This document shows, piece after piece, positions 1-7,920 of a stretch of 64,000 nucleotides of DNA. Made by a program: the position numbers and the translations under genes. The stretch comes from Bacteroidales bacterium. GTDB lineage: Bacteria > Bacteroidota > Bacteroidia > Bacteroidales > SZUA-534. Location of the stretch: assembly GCA_045640185.1 (NCBI GenBank), contig JAZUEN010000085.1, positions 3,525-67,524 of the forward strand, read 5' to 3'. Under the pieces are notes generated by a model, which ran no database searches, was not told the DNA's origin, and saw only the letters and a program-made list of their open reading frames with translations. Positions within the stretch are counted from its first letter, which is position 1. The number at the start of each line of letters is the position of its first letter.

Positions 1-357
1 GACACGGCAATCGCCGTTGCATTTGTGGCAACAAAACTGACAGTGGCAAACGGTGCCGATGTAGCCACAACAACCATCTTGGCAGATTCGGCGCCACAAA
101 AGGCAGTATTGGCACTTTTGGCACTCATTTCATTCGGTATCGTACAAATGCTAACCAATTTCAAATGGATAAATATGAACACGTTTGGATTTACTGTGAT
201 GATACCAATAATGACTTATGGACTCGGCAGTGCCATATGCGTTTCCAAGACAACAATCAATCCGTTATGGCTGACAATTTTGGCAGTGATGGCCATTGGC
301 GCAATAACGGCATCATACCTTACATTTAAGAAAAGAACAGGAACAAATTCAATCTAA
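1..357 (+). CDS. hypothetical multi-pass membrane protein, probably 5'-truncated by the window edge
   Basis: The frame is open from base 1, and the track start at 25 is a GTG. Hydrophobic stretches are VLALLALISFGIV, FGFTVMIPIMTYGLGSAI and LWLTILAVMAIGAI. No family recognised. Confidence 0.4.
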   Translation, partial: DTAIAVAFVATKLTVANGADVATTTILADSAPQKAVLALLALISFGIVQMLTNFKWINMNTFGFTVMIPIMTYGLGSAICVSKTTINPLWLTILAVMAIGAITASYLTFKKRTGTNSI

Positions 358-364
358 ACAGATT

Positions 365-1027
365 ATGAACCAAACATTTAACATACGCCGTTTTGGCAAA
401 TACCTAAAATTCCACATATCGGGCAACAGATGGTATTTTGGGATTTTCGCTCTGCTGACAATAGCAATATCAGTAATATTTGGAGCCAAAATGCCCAAAC
501 ACAACATCACCCCAATAGTGGTCTTCTCCACCGCATTATATGGAGTTTTAATGCTTTCGGTTATGCCGAATTGGGAAACGACGAAAGTCAGCGGATTGGG
601 AAGGATGATATCGATACCCGCATCGTCGGCCGAGAAATTCGCATCGGAATGTGTTGTAAAACTTGCCATTGCAGTAATACCATTTATCGTGCTACCCATT
701 TTCGGAGTTCAAGCATTTCCGAAAAGCACAGTCGGCTGGTTCTTTGTCGCCATTGTAACAGCAGTAATTCTGACCACTATGCTATTAAGCAATTTTCAGA
801 GCCAAAGCAACAACGGCAAAGCATCAAACTACAGCATATTTGTACTTTGCGTCCTGATGGTTGCAGGAGGCGTGATTCCTCAAATTGCAGAACGGAACCA
901 AGAACGATTCGACAGCATACGCGACTGCATATTCAGCCCGTCGACGGTCATAGCGCTGTTTGTTGTATCGATAGTACTGTTCTGTCTTTCATACTATTTC
1001 TACAAAAAAAGGAATGTAAAATTTTAA
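365..1027 (+). CDS. hypothetical multi-pass membrane protein
   Basis: 220-aa ORF with its ATG 8 nt after the previous stop and several long hydrophobic segments. The overlapping alternative frame 430..1035 is Ser/Arg/Cys-rich and looks non-coding. Confidence 0.5.
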   Translation: MNQTFNIRRFGKYLKFHISGNRWYFGIFALLTIAISVIFGAKMPKHNITPIVVFSTALYGVLMLSVMPNWETTKVSGLGRMISIPASSAEKFASECVVKLAIAVIPFIVLPIFGVQAFPKSTVGWFFVAIVTAVILTTMLLSNFQSQSNNGKASNYSIFVLCVLMVAGGVIPQIAERNQERFDSIRDCIFSPSTVIALFVVSIVLFCLSYYFYKKRNVKF

Positions 1028-1039
1028 AATTGTGACATC

Positions 1040-1390
1040 GTGGAATTTAAGGAATCAAAAGGCATATTTCAGCAGATAGCCGACCGCATCGGCGACCGCA
1101 TACTGTCGGGCGGACTGAAGTCGGGCGACAAACTCGAGTCGGTGCGCGAACTGGCCGTCGCCATTGGCGTGAACCAAAACACCATTATGCGGACATACAG
1201 CGAGATGCTTCGCGACGGAATACTGAACAACCAACGTGGCATCGGATTCTTTGTAGCGCCTGAGGCAAAAGACATCATAATTGGCAAACGCAAGGCAGAA
1301 TTTTTCAACGAAGATTTGCCTTACATTGCCAAGCAGGCACGGTTGCTGAACATACCTATCGACGAAATTGTCGACAAACTGAACGAATGA
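1040..1390 (+). CDS. GntR-family (short YtrA/YhcF-like) transcriptional regulator
   Basis: 116 aa with a GTG start. The winged-HTH segment KLESVRELAVAIGVNQNTIMRTYSEMLRDGIL is typical of GntR N-terminal domains, and there is no large effector domain. Confidence 0.8.
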   Translation: MEFKESKGIFQQIADRIGDRILSGGLKSGDKLESVRELAVAIGVNQNTIMRTYSEMLRDGILNNQRGIGFFVAPEAKDIIIGKRKAEFFNEDLPYIAKQARLLNIPIDEIVDKLNE

Positions 1391-1439
1391 CTTTTTTTAC
1401 AAAAAAATACTATTTTTAAAACATTTAAATCACATTACT

Positions 1440-2021
1440 ATGAAAAACAAAAAAACACTTTTGATTGTTGCCACACTATTTGTGGTCACATTGGCAAACG
1501 CACAAGATGCACGCTACGGCATCAAATCAGGCATCATTAAAACATCTGGAACCACACAAGGCATCACATCTACCGCCACCATCTATTTTGACAATTACGG
1601 CGAAAAAGAAGCTTCAACCACTGCCCTTGAAACACCAATGGGCAAGCAGGAAACAATGCAATTAACAACAAAAGATTCAATGTTTGTAATCAGCTTGACT
1701 CAAAAAATAGGGCAAAAACAAGCCTTGTCTGAGCAAATCAACTTTCTGAAAATCACCCCTGTCGACATCATCAAATACAAGATCAAGGACTTGGGCGAAG
1801 AGACTGTTGCAGGAAAGCCTTGCAAAAAATACTCGTTGCAACAAGAGCAAATGGGGCAAACCATCATCACTGAAGTAAGTGTATGGAATGGCATTACATT
1901 AAAAGCCACCATAAAATTGGGCGAAATGGAAGTTGGAACCCAAACAGCCACTGAAATTCAGGAAAATGCAGAAATTGAGCCATTAAAATTCGAGATTCCT
2001 GAAGGCGTCACATTTATGTAA
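1440..2021 (+). CDS. secreted hypothetical protein (signal peptide; beta-rich, LolA/DUF4412-like impression only)
   Basis: N-terminus MKNKKTLLIVATLFVVTLANAQ looks like a signal peptide. A strong terminator follows. Confidence 0.55.
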   Translation: MKNKKTLLIVATLFVVTLANAQDARYGIKSGIIKTSGTTQGITSTATIYFDNYGEKEASTTALETPMGKQETMQLTTKDSMFVISLTQKIGQKQALSEQINFLKITPVDIIKYKIKDLGEETVAGKPCKKYSLQQEQMGQTIITEVSVWNGITLKATIKLGEMEVGTQTATEIQENAEIEPLKFEIPEGVTFM

Positions 2022-2041
2022 ACGAGCATTTCCTCGGAACC

Positions 2042-2094
2042 AAAAGGTTGCAAGGCCTATCTAATTTGGGATAGACATTGCAACCTTTTTTTTT
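2042..2094 (+). terminator. Rho-independent terminator
   Basis: Arms aaaaggttgca / tgcaacctttt enclose an inner ctatc/gatag stem and are followed by a T-run. Confidence 0.75.
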
Positions 2095-2163
2095 AATAAT
2101 AAAAGCATTACACCTTGCAGACAAGGCATTCTGCAAAAACACTAAAAAATCATAAAATTTAGG

Positions 2164-2193
2164 TTTGATAAACCGCCAAAGCAACTACATTTG
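2164..2193 (+). promoter_or_regulatory. candidate Bacteroidetes sigma-A promoter for the rseC-like/rnf operon
   Basis: TTTG at 2164-2167 and TAcaTTTG at 2186-2193 match the -33 TTTG / -7 TAnnTTTG pattern. The motif ends about 22 nt upstream of the ATG at 2216. Confidence 0.5.
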
Positions 2194-2215
2194 TTATACG
2201 TAAACTACGTAGGCA

Positions 2216-2629
2216 ATGTCAGACGTAACATATTCACAACCCGGAACCATTGAGCAAATTAACGACGACTCAATAATAGTGCGCATCGACTGCAACTCGG
2301 CGTGCAGTGGCTGCCATTCCAAGGATTTGTGCATATCAACCGACAAGGCCGTAAAGCACATAACCATTGAGCCAGACGGCAACATCTACTCAATAGGTCA
2401 GCAAGTGACAGTCTTCAGCCAACAAAAAATTGCGTTCAAGGCATTGTTTTGGGGGTACCTCTGCCCGCTTCTGATTGTTGTGGCCTCACTGTTTGCGCTA
2501 ACTGGCATCGGGCTAAGCGAAGCAAAATCAGGGCTGATGGCAATTTCAGCCACAATCCCATATTATATGGTACTGTTTTTGCTACGCAACCATTTCAAGA
2601 AGAAATTTGTATTCAAAATAAAACTATAA
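2216..2629 (+). CDS. RseC/MucC-family (SoxR-reducing system) membrane protein
   Basis: The N-terminal Cys cluster (CNSACSGCHSKDLC) followed by two C-terminal TM helices is the usual RseC layout. The gene sits directly upstream of rnfB. Confidence 0.7.
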   Translation: MSDVTYSQPGTIEQINDDSIIVRIDCNSACSGCHSKDLCISTDKAVKHITIEPDGNIYSIGQQVTVFSQQKIAFKALFWGYLCPLLIVVASLFALTGIGLSEAKSGLMAISATIPYYMVLFLLRNHFKKKFVFKIKL

Positions 2630-2639
2630 ATCAAACATT

Positions 2640-3509
2640 ATGGAAATTGTATTGTACAGTGTAATCGCTTTAGGCTTGCTTGGATTGGTGCTGGCTGCCA
2701 TTCTGTATGTAGTGGCCCAAAAGTTCAAGGTACAAGAAGACCCACGCATTGACGAAATTGCGGCACTGCTGCCTGGAGCCAACTGTGGTGGCTGTGGCTA
2801 CCCTGGATGTCGGGGATTGGCAAGTGCCTTGGTGTCGGCTACCGACATAAGCGGCATGAAATGTCCAGCATCAAGTGCCGAAGTAATGCGGCAGATAGGG
2901 ACAATCCTTGGACAGGAAGTAACCGAAACAGAGCCCAAAATAGCCGTAGTGCGTTGCAACGGAACATGCCAAAACCGACAAACCGTCAACAAGTATGACG
3001 GAGCCGACTCATGCGCATTCGCATCAATGCTATATGCAGGCGACACAAACTGCAGTTTCGGATGTCTGGGCCATGGTGATTGCGTAGCCGCCTGCAAATT
3101 CGACGCCATCAGCATCAACCCTAACACCGGATTGCCAATTGTCGACGAGACAAAATGCGTTGCCTGCGGAGCCTGCGCAAAGGCATGTCCGAAAGGCATC
3201 ATCGAACTGCGCAACCGTGGCAAGAAAGACCGACGCCTGTTTGTATCGTGCGTGAACAAGGACAAGGGCGCAGTTGCCCGCAAGGCCTGCACAGCAGCCT
3301 GCATCGGATGCGGAAAATGCACCAAAGTATGCGCTTTTGAAGCCATCACCGTTGAAAACAACGTGGCATACATCGATTTTGAAAAATGCAAGATGTGCCG
3401 CAAGTGCGCAGCCGAATGCCCTACTGGTGCCATTCACGAAGTAAACTTCCCTCCGCGCCCACCAAAGAGCGAGGCCACAGAAGAAAAAACTGTACAAACA
3501 AACGCATAG
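2640..3509 (+). CDS. rnfB: Rnf electron-transport complex subunit B (polyferredoxin)
   Basis: N-terminal TM helix, CGGCGYPGC motif, and several CxxCxxCxxxCP ferredoxin motifs (CVACGACAKACP, CKMCRKCAAECP). Confidence 0.9.
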   Translation: MEIVLYSVIALGLLGLVLAAILYVVAQKFKVQEDPRIDEIAALLPGANCGGCGYPGCRGLASALVSATDISGMKCPASSAEVMRQIGTILGQEVTETEPKIAVVRCNGTCQNRQTVNKYDGADSCAFASMLYAGDTNCSFGCLGHGDCVAACKFDAISINPNTGLPIVDETKCVACGACAKACPKGIIELRNRGKKDRRLFVSCVNKDKGAVARKACTAACIGCGKCTKVCAFEAITVENNVAYIDFEKCKMCRKCAAECPTGAIHEVNFPPRPPKSEATEEKTVQTNA

Positions 3510-3520
3510 ACCACTGAAAT

Positions 3521-4852
3521 ATGTTCAAGACATTCAAAATAGGCGGTGTGCATCCCGAAGCCAACAAACTTTCGGCCGCAAAACCAATTGAAGATGCACA
3601 ATTGCCAAAAGTTGCCATCATACCATTGGGGCAACACATTGGCGCACCTGCCACTGCCGTTGTCCAAAAAGGCGACGTTGTCAAAGTTGGGCAACTGATT
3701 GGCCAGGCCAACGGTTTCGTATCGGCAAACATACACTCGTCTGTATCAGGAACCGTAGCGAAGGTTGAAGATGCCGTTGATGTGTCAGGATTCAAGAAAC
3801 CAGCCGTATACATCAATGTTGAAGGCGACGAATGGCTCGACAACATCGACCGCACCGATAAACTTGTTTCCGAAATAAAGGACGATGCCAAGACTATCAT
3901 CGGCAAGATAAAAGACGCCGGCATAGTTGGCATGGGCGGAGCGACATTCCCCGCTCACGTAAAACTGTCAATTCCCGATGGAAAGAAAGCCGACTTCCTG
4001 ATTATCAACGGTGTGGAATGCGAACCGTACCTTACGGCAGACCACAGGCTGATGCTCGAGAAAAGCCAGGAGCTGATTGTAGGCATCAAGATTCTGATGC
4101 GCGCCATCAACGTTGACAAGGCATACATCGGAATTGAAGCCAACAAGCCAGATGCAATCAGCAAACTGACAGAGTTGTGCAAATCAGAGCAAGGCATTGA
4201 AGTTGTGCCACTCAAGTTGAAATATCCGCAAGGCGGCGAGAAGCAACTCATAAACGCAGTTTCAGGCCGCGAAGTGCCTTCAGGCAAACTGCCAATAGAT
4301 GCCGGCGCCGTAGTGCAAAACGTGGGCACCGCATTTGCTGTATATGAGGCGGTGCAGAAGAACAAGCCACTAATAGAGCGTATCGTGACTGTGACAGGCA
4401 AGAACGTCAAAAATCCGTCGAACTTCAAGGCTCGCATCGGCACGCCAATAATCGACTTGATAAACGCAGCCGGTGGCGACACCGAAAACAGCGGAAAGAT
4501 AATAAGTGGCGGCCCGATGATGGGAAAGGCAATGTCGAACCTAGACTCTACAATAACAAAGGGCACATCAGGATTGCTCCTTATGAATGAGGAAGATGCT
4601 GTCCGTCCCGAAGCTGGACCGTGCATCCGCTGCGCGAAATGCGTTGACGCATGCCCCATGGGACTTGAGCCCTATCTGCTGATGCAATACAGCCAACGCC
4701 AAATGTGGGCCGAAGATGAAGCTAACCACATCATGGATTGTATCGAATGCGGCTGTTGCATTTTCTCTTGCCCGGCAAACCGTCCAATCCTGGACTATGT
4801 GCGCTTAGGCAAAAACACTGTTGGTAAAATAATCCGTTCAAGAAAACAATAA
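3521..4852 (+). CDS. rnfC: Rnf complex subunit C
   Basis: 443 aa with GMGGATFP (NADH/FMN-binding-like) and two 4Fe-4S motifs (CIRCAKCVDACP, CIECGCCIFSCP), in operon position after rnfB. Confidence 0.9.
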   Translation: MFKTFKIGGVHPEANKLSAAKPIEDAQLPKVAIIPLGQHIGAPATAVVQKGDVVKVGQLIGQANGFVSANIHSSVSGTVAKVEDAVDVSGFKKPAVYINVEGDEWLDNIDRTDKLVSEIKDDAKTIIGKIKDAGIVGMGGATFPAHVKLSIPDGKKADFLIINGVECEPYLTADHRLMLEKSQELIVGIKILMRAINVDKAYIGIEANKPDAISKLTELCKSEQGIEVVPLKLKYPQGGEKQLINAVSGREVPSGKLPIDAGAVVQNVGTAFAVYEAVQKNKPLIERIVTVTGKNVKNPSNFKARIGTPIIDLINAAGGDTENSGKIISGGPMMGKAMSNLDSTITKGTSGLLLMNEEDAVRPEAGPCIRCAKCVDACPMGLEPYLLMQYSQRQMWAEDEANHIMDCIECGCCIFSCPANRPILDYVRLGKNTVGKIIRSRKQ

Positions 4853-5811
4853 TGGGACAATTAGTAGTATCACCATCGCCACACACTCGCAGCGGTGTTT
4901 CAACCCCGAACCTGATGTTCGGAGTAATTGTGGCATTAATGCCAGCGCTAGCCGTTTCCGTCCTATATTTCGGAATTGGCTCGCTTATAGTGACATTCAC
5001 ATCAGTAGCAAGCTGCGTACTGTTTGAGTATCTAATCCAAAAATTCCTGCTGAAGCAAAAGCCGACCATTTGCGACGGCTCAGCAATACTTACCGGCTTG
5101 CTGCTGGCATTCAACCTGCCTTCAAACTTGCCGATAGGGATTGTCATTGCCGGTGCCGCATTCTCGATTGGAGTAGTAAAAATGGCATTCGGCGGACTTG
5201 GCCAGAACCTTTTCAACCCAGCGATAGGCGGACGCATTTTCCTTCTGATATCGTTCCCCGTGCAAATGACAACGTGGCCAGTGCCCAACGGCTTGGCTAC
5301 AAGTTATGTCGATGCCGCAACAGGCGCCACATCGCTTGCAATGATGAAAAACCACTTCGGCACTCTGCCTTGCACTACCGACATGTTTCTAGGCCAAATG
5401 GGTGGTAGTCTTGGCGAAGTTTCCGCATTGGCACTGCTCATCGGTTTTGCATACCTGCTTTATAGGCGAATAATAACCTGGCACATACCGGTAACCATAT
5501 TCGCAACCGTATTCGTTTTCCAGGGAATACTATATTTAGCTAATGCAGAACAATTTGCATCGCCAGTTGCACATCTTCTTGCTGGAGGCTTGATGCTTGG
5601 CGCAATATTCATGGCGACAGACTATGTGACATCGCCAATGAGCGTTCCGGGCAAGATAGTATATGCCATAGGAATAGGTGTGATAACCGTCATTATCAGG
5701 AACTTCGGTTCGTTCCCTGAAGGCGTCTCCTTCGCAATTCTGATTATGAACGCCTTTACGCCTATCATCAACACTTACATTAAACCTAAACGATTTGGGG
5801 AGGTAAAATAA
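4852..5811 (+). CDS. rnfD: Rnf complex subunit D
   Basis: Polytopic NqrB/RnfD-like protein (SPSPH.. N-terminus, TGATSLA, MATDYVTSP). Its start overlaps the rnfC stop. Confidence 0.9.
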   Translation: MGQLVVSPSPHTRSGVSTPNLMFGVIVALMPALAVSVLYFGIGSLIVTFTSVASCVLFEYLIQKFLLKQKPTICDGSAILTGLLLAFNLPSNLPIGIVIAGAAFSIGVVKMAFGGLGQNLFNPAIGGRIFLLISFPVQMTTWPVPNGLATSYVDAATGATSLAMMKNHFGTLPCTTDMFLGQMGGSLGEVSALALLIGFAYLLYRRIITWHIPVTIFATVFVFQGILYLANAEQFASPVAHLLAGGLMLGAIFMATDYVTSPMSVPGKIVYAIGIGVITVIIRNFGSFPEGVSFAILIMNAFTPIINTYIKPKRFGEVK

Positions 5812-6491
5812 TGGCACAAAAGGAATCATCACTCAAGAACATGTTGCTTGCGCTGACCGTGATAGCGCTTGTGGCATCTGGCCTAATGGCATTGATGTAC
5901 AACGTCACATCAGAGCCGATAGCAAAATCGAAAGAGCAGAAATCGGTTGACGCAATAAAAGCCGTACTTCCAGATTTCGACAAGATAGAAAACGACACGG
6001 CCAACGACCTTGCAATATTCAAGGCATACAATGCCAATGGCGATTTTATTGGAGCTGCAGTCGAGTCGTACTCAAACAATGGCTTTGGCGGACAGATAAA
6101 GGTCATGGTCGGATTTGACGCCAACGGCAACATAACCGAATATTCGGTATTGGACCAAAAGGAGACTCCCGGACTTGGCACCAAAATGGTAAGCTGGTTC
6201 CGTCCGCAAGAGGCAAAAGAAAAGAGCCTGCTCGAAAAGGCTTTTGGATTTGAAGTCAAGTCGGCCGAAAAGCAAAGCTCAATTATCGGCAAGAACCCTG
6301 CGGTCAACAACATGACTGTATCAAAAGACGGTGGCGAGATAGACGCAATAACAGCATCGACAATCAGTTCAAGAGCCTTTCTAGAATCGATTCGCACAGC
6401 CTACAACGCATACGCCGCAGCCAACAACCAAAAGACAACCGATGCCAATTCTGGCGCAACTCAAACAGTGGAGGGCAACGACAATGAATAA
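5811..6491 (+). CDS. rnfG: Rnf complex subunit G (FMN-binding)
   Basis: N-terminal TM anchor, ETPGLG and the FMN-attachment context DAITASTISS. Its start overlaps the rnfD stop. Confidence 0.85.
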   Translation: MAQKESSLKNMLLALTVIALVASGLMALMYNVTSEPIAKSKEQKSVDAIKAVLPDFDKIENDTANDLAIFKAYNANGDFIGAAVESYSNNGFGGQIKVMVGFDANGNITEYSVLDQKETPGLGTKMVSWFRPQEAKEKSLLEKAFGFEVKSAEKQSSIIGKNPAVNNMTVSKDGGEIDAITASTISSRAFLESIRTAYNAYAAANNQKTTDANSGATQTVEGNDNE

Positions 6492-7071
6492 CAATCTTAA
6501 AGTACTGCTAAACGGTCTGATTAAGGAAAACCCGACATTTGTACTGCTGTTGGGAATGTGCCCTACCCTTGGCACGACATCATCAGCCATAAACGGAATG
6601 AGCATGGGATTGGCAACGACATTTGTGCTAATCTGCTCAAACATAGCCATATCGCTCATCAAAAACTTTATTCCGGACAAAGTGCGCATACCAGCATACG
6701 TTGTGGTAATTGCAGCTTTTGTGACAATTGTGGAGATGGTCATGCAAGCCTACGTGCCTGCACTTTACGCCACATTGGGTCTGTTCATCCCGCTGATTGT
6801 GGTAAACTGCATCGTGCTAGGCCGTGCTGAAGCATTTGCCGCAAAGAACCCTGTCATACCATCACTTTTCGATGGTCTGGGAATCGGTCTTGGCTTCACA
6901 TGCGCACTAACACTGCTGGGCTGCATCCGCGAACTGCTCGGGACCGGCAAGGTTTTCAGCTGCGCCATCTATCCTGAAAACTACGGAATGCTGCTGTTTG
7001 TCTTGGCACCTGGCGCATTCATTGCCTTGGGGTTTCTTATCGCACTAGTCAACAAATTACGCAAATCATAA
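6484..7071 (+). CDS. rnfE: Rnf complex subunit E
   Basis: The ATG at 6484 (MNNNLKVLLNGL..) overlaps the rnfG stop by 8 nt. It is preferred over the track start at 6442, which lies inside rnfG. NqrD/RnfE-like polytopic sequence. Confidence 0.85.
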   Translation: MNNNLKVLLNGLIKENPTFVLLLGMCPTLGTTSSAINGMSMGLATTFVLICSNIAISLIKNFIPDKVRIPAYVVVIAAFVTIVEMVMQAYVPALYATLGLFIPLIVVNCIVLGRAEAFAAKNPVIPSLFDGLGIGLGFTCALTLLGCIRELLGTGKVFSCAIYPENYGMLLFVLAPGAFIALGFLIALVNKLRKS

Positions 7072-7084
7072 AAAGAGCTGAACC

Positions 7085-7660
7085 ATGGAATACTTACTGA
7101 TGTTTATAGCGGCTGTATTTGTAAACAATATCGTACTGTCGCAATTTTTAGGCATTTGCCCATTTCTGGGTGTATCAAAAAAGATTGGCACAGCCCTTGG
7201 AATGGCAGGCGCCGTCGCATTTGTACTTGTCCTTGCAACTATAGTCACATACTTGGCGAACTCGTGCATATTGGTCCCATTCGGGCTTGAATATATGCGC
7301 ACCATCACCTACATCCTGATTATTGCCACATTGGTGCAAATGGTTGAAATAGTGCTAAAAAAGGCTTCGCCAGCGCTCTACTCCGCTTTGGGCGTATTTC
7401 TTCCGCTAATCACGACAAACTGCTGCATATTGGGTGTGGCGTTGCTGGTAATACAAAAGGATTTCAGCCTATTGGAAAGCGTTGTATATGCATTTTCAAA
7501 CGCCATAGGTTTCGGATTTGCATTGGTTCTGTTTGCCGGCCTGCGTGAGCAGCTAAACCTTTCAAACACACCAAAAGCGATGCGCGGCATGCCTATTGCT
7601 CTTGTAACAGCAGGCATTTTGGCCATGGCATTCATGGGATTCTCCGGCTTGGTGAAATAA
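7085..7660 (+). CDS. rnfA: Rnf complex subunit A
   Basis: 191-aa polytopic NqrE/RnfA-like protein (NNIVLSQFLGICPFLGVS). Last gene of the operon. Confidence 0.9.
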   Translation: MEYLLMFIAAVFVNNIVLSQFLGICPFLGVSKKIGTALGMAGAVAFVLVLATIVTYLANSCILVPFGLEYMRTITYILIIATLVQMVEIVLKKASPALYSALGVFLPLITTNCCILGVALLVIQKDFSLLESVVYAFSNAIGFGFALVLFAGLREQLNLSNTPKAMRGMPIALVTAGILAMAFMGFSGLVK

Positions 7661-7750
7661 AAGAGCAGGAAACGTAGCAAAGAACGTCAACACTACAAAA
7701 ACAGCGACACGCACAACCCCCTTATAGCAAGACATTTGCGCTCTTGACTC

Positions 7751-7786
7751 ACGACAAAGGCTGTCAGTATTGGCAGCCTTTGTCGT
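7751..7786 (+). terminator. hairpin terminator after rnfA
   Basis: Perfect 13-bp inverted repeat acgacaaaggctg / cagcctttgtcgt with a 10-nt loop. The trailing T-run is weak. Confidence 0.6.
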
Positions 7787-7920
7787 CTATATATCAAAAG
7801 CCGAAAATAGAGAAAACCCAAAACGCATAAATCAGCATAAAAAGCGCGAAAACTCTTTGTTTTCTCGCTTTTGAGACTTATTTTTAATGCGTTTTGATTT
7901 GTACAAAAAAAGATTTAGCA

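Noticed and set aside
430-1035. 201-aa plus-strand ORF overlapping 365..1027 in another frame.
   Set aside because: The translation is Ser/Arg/Cys/His-rich with no hydrophobic organisation. The 365 frame gives a coherent membrane protein.
2798-6397. Long antisense ORFs inside the rnf operon (2798..3433, 3030..3497, 3421..3933, 3955..4659, 4731..5288 and 5786..6397, all on the minus strand).
   Set aside because: Each is fully embedded opposite a confidently identified rnf gene. Their translations are Ser/Ala/Pro/Cys-rich with no motifs. This is typical of stop-poor antisense frames in codon-biased genes.
7894-7920. Upstream TTG starts proposed by the ORF track for the three sensors (7894, 10272, 44637), and similar upstream starts for other genes (15645, 29807, 30529, 31141, 53315, 54240, 56385, 56428, 57838).
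   Set aside because: In each case a downstream ATG gives a canonical N-terminus (signal/TM start, MCGIAG for AsnB, MKERIG for RDD, and so on). The extension is junk-like or overlaps promoter, terminator or upstream-gene sequence.
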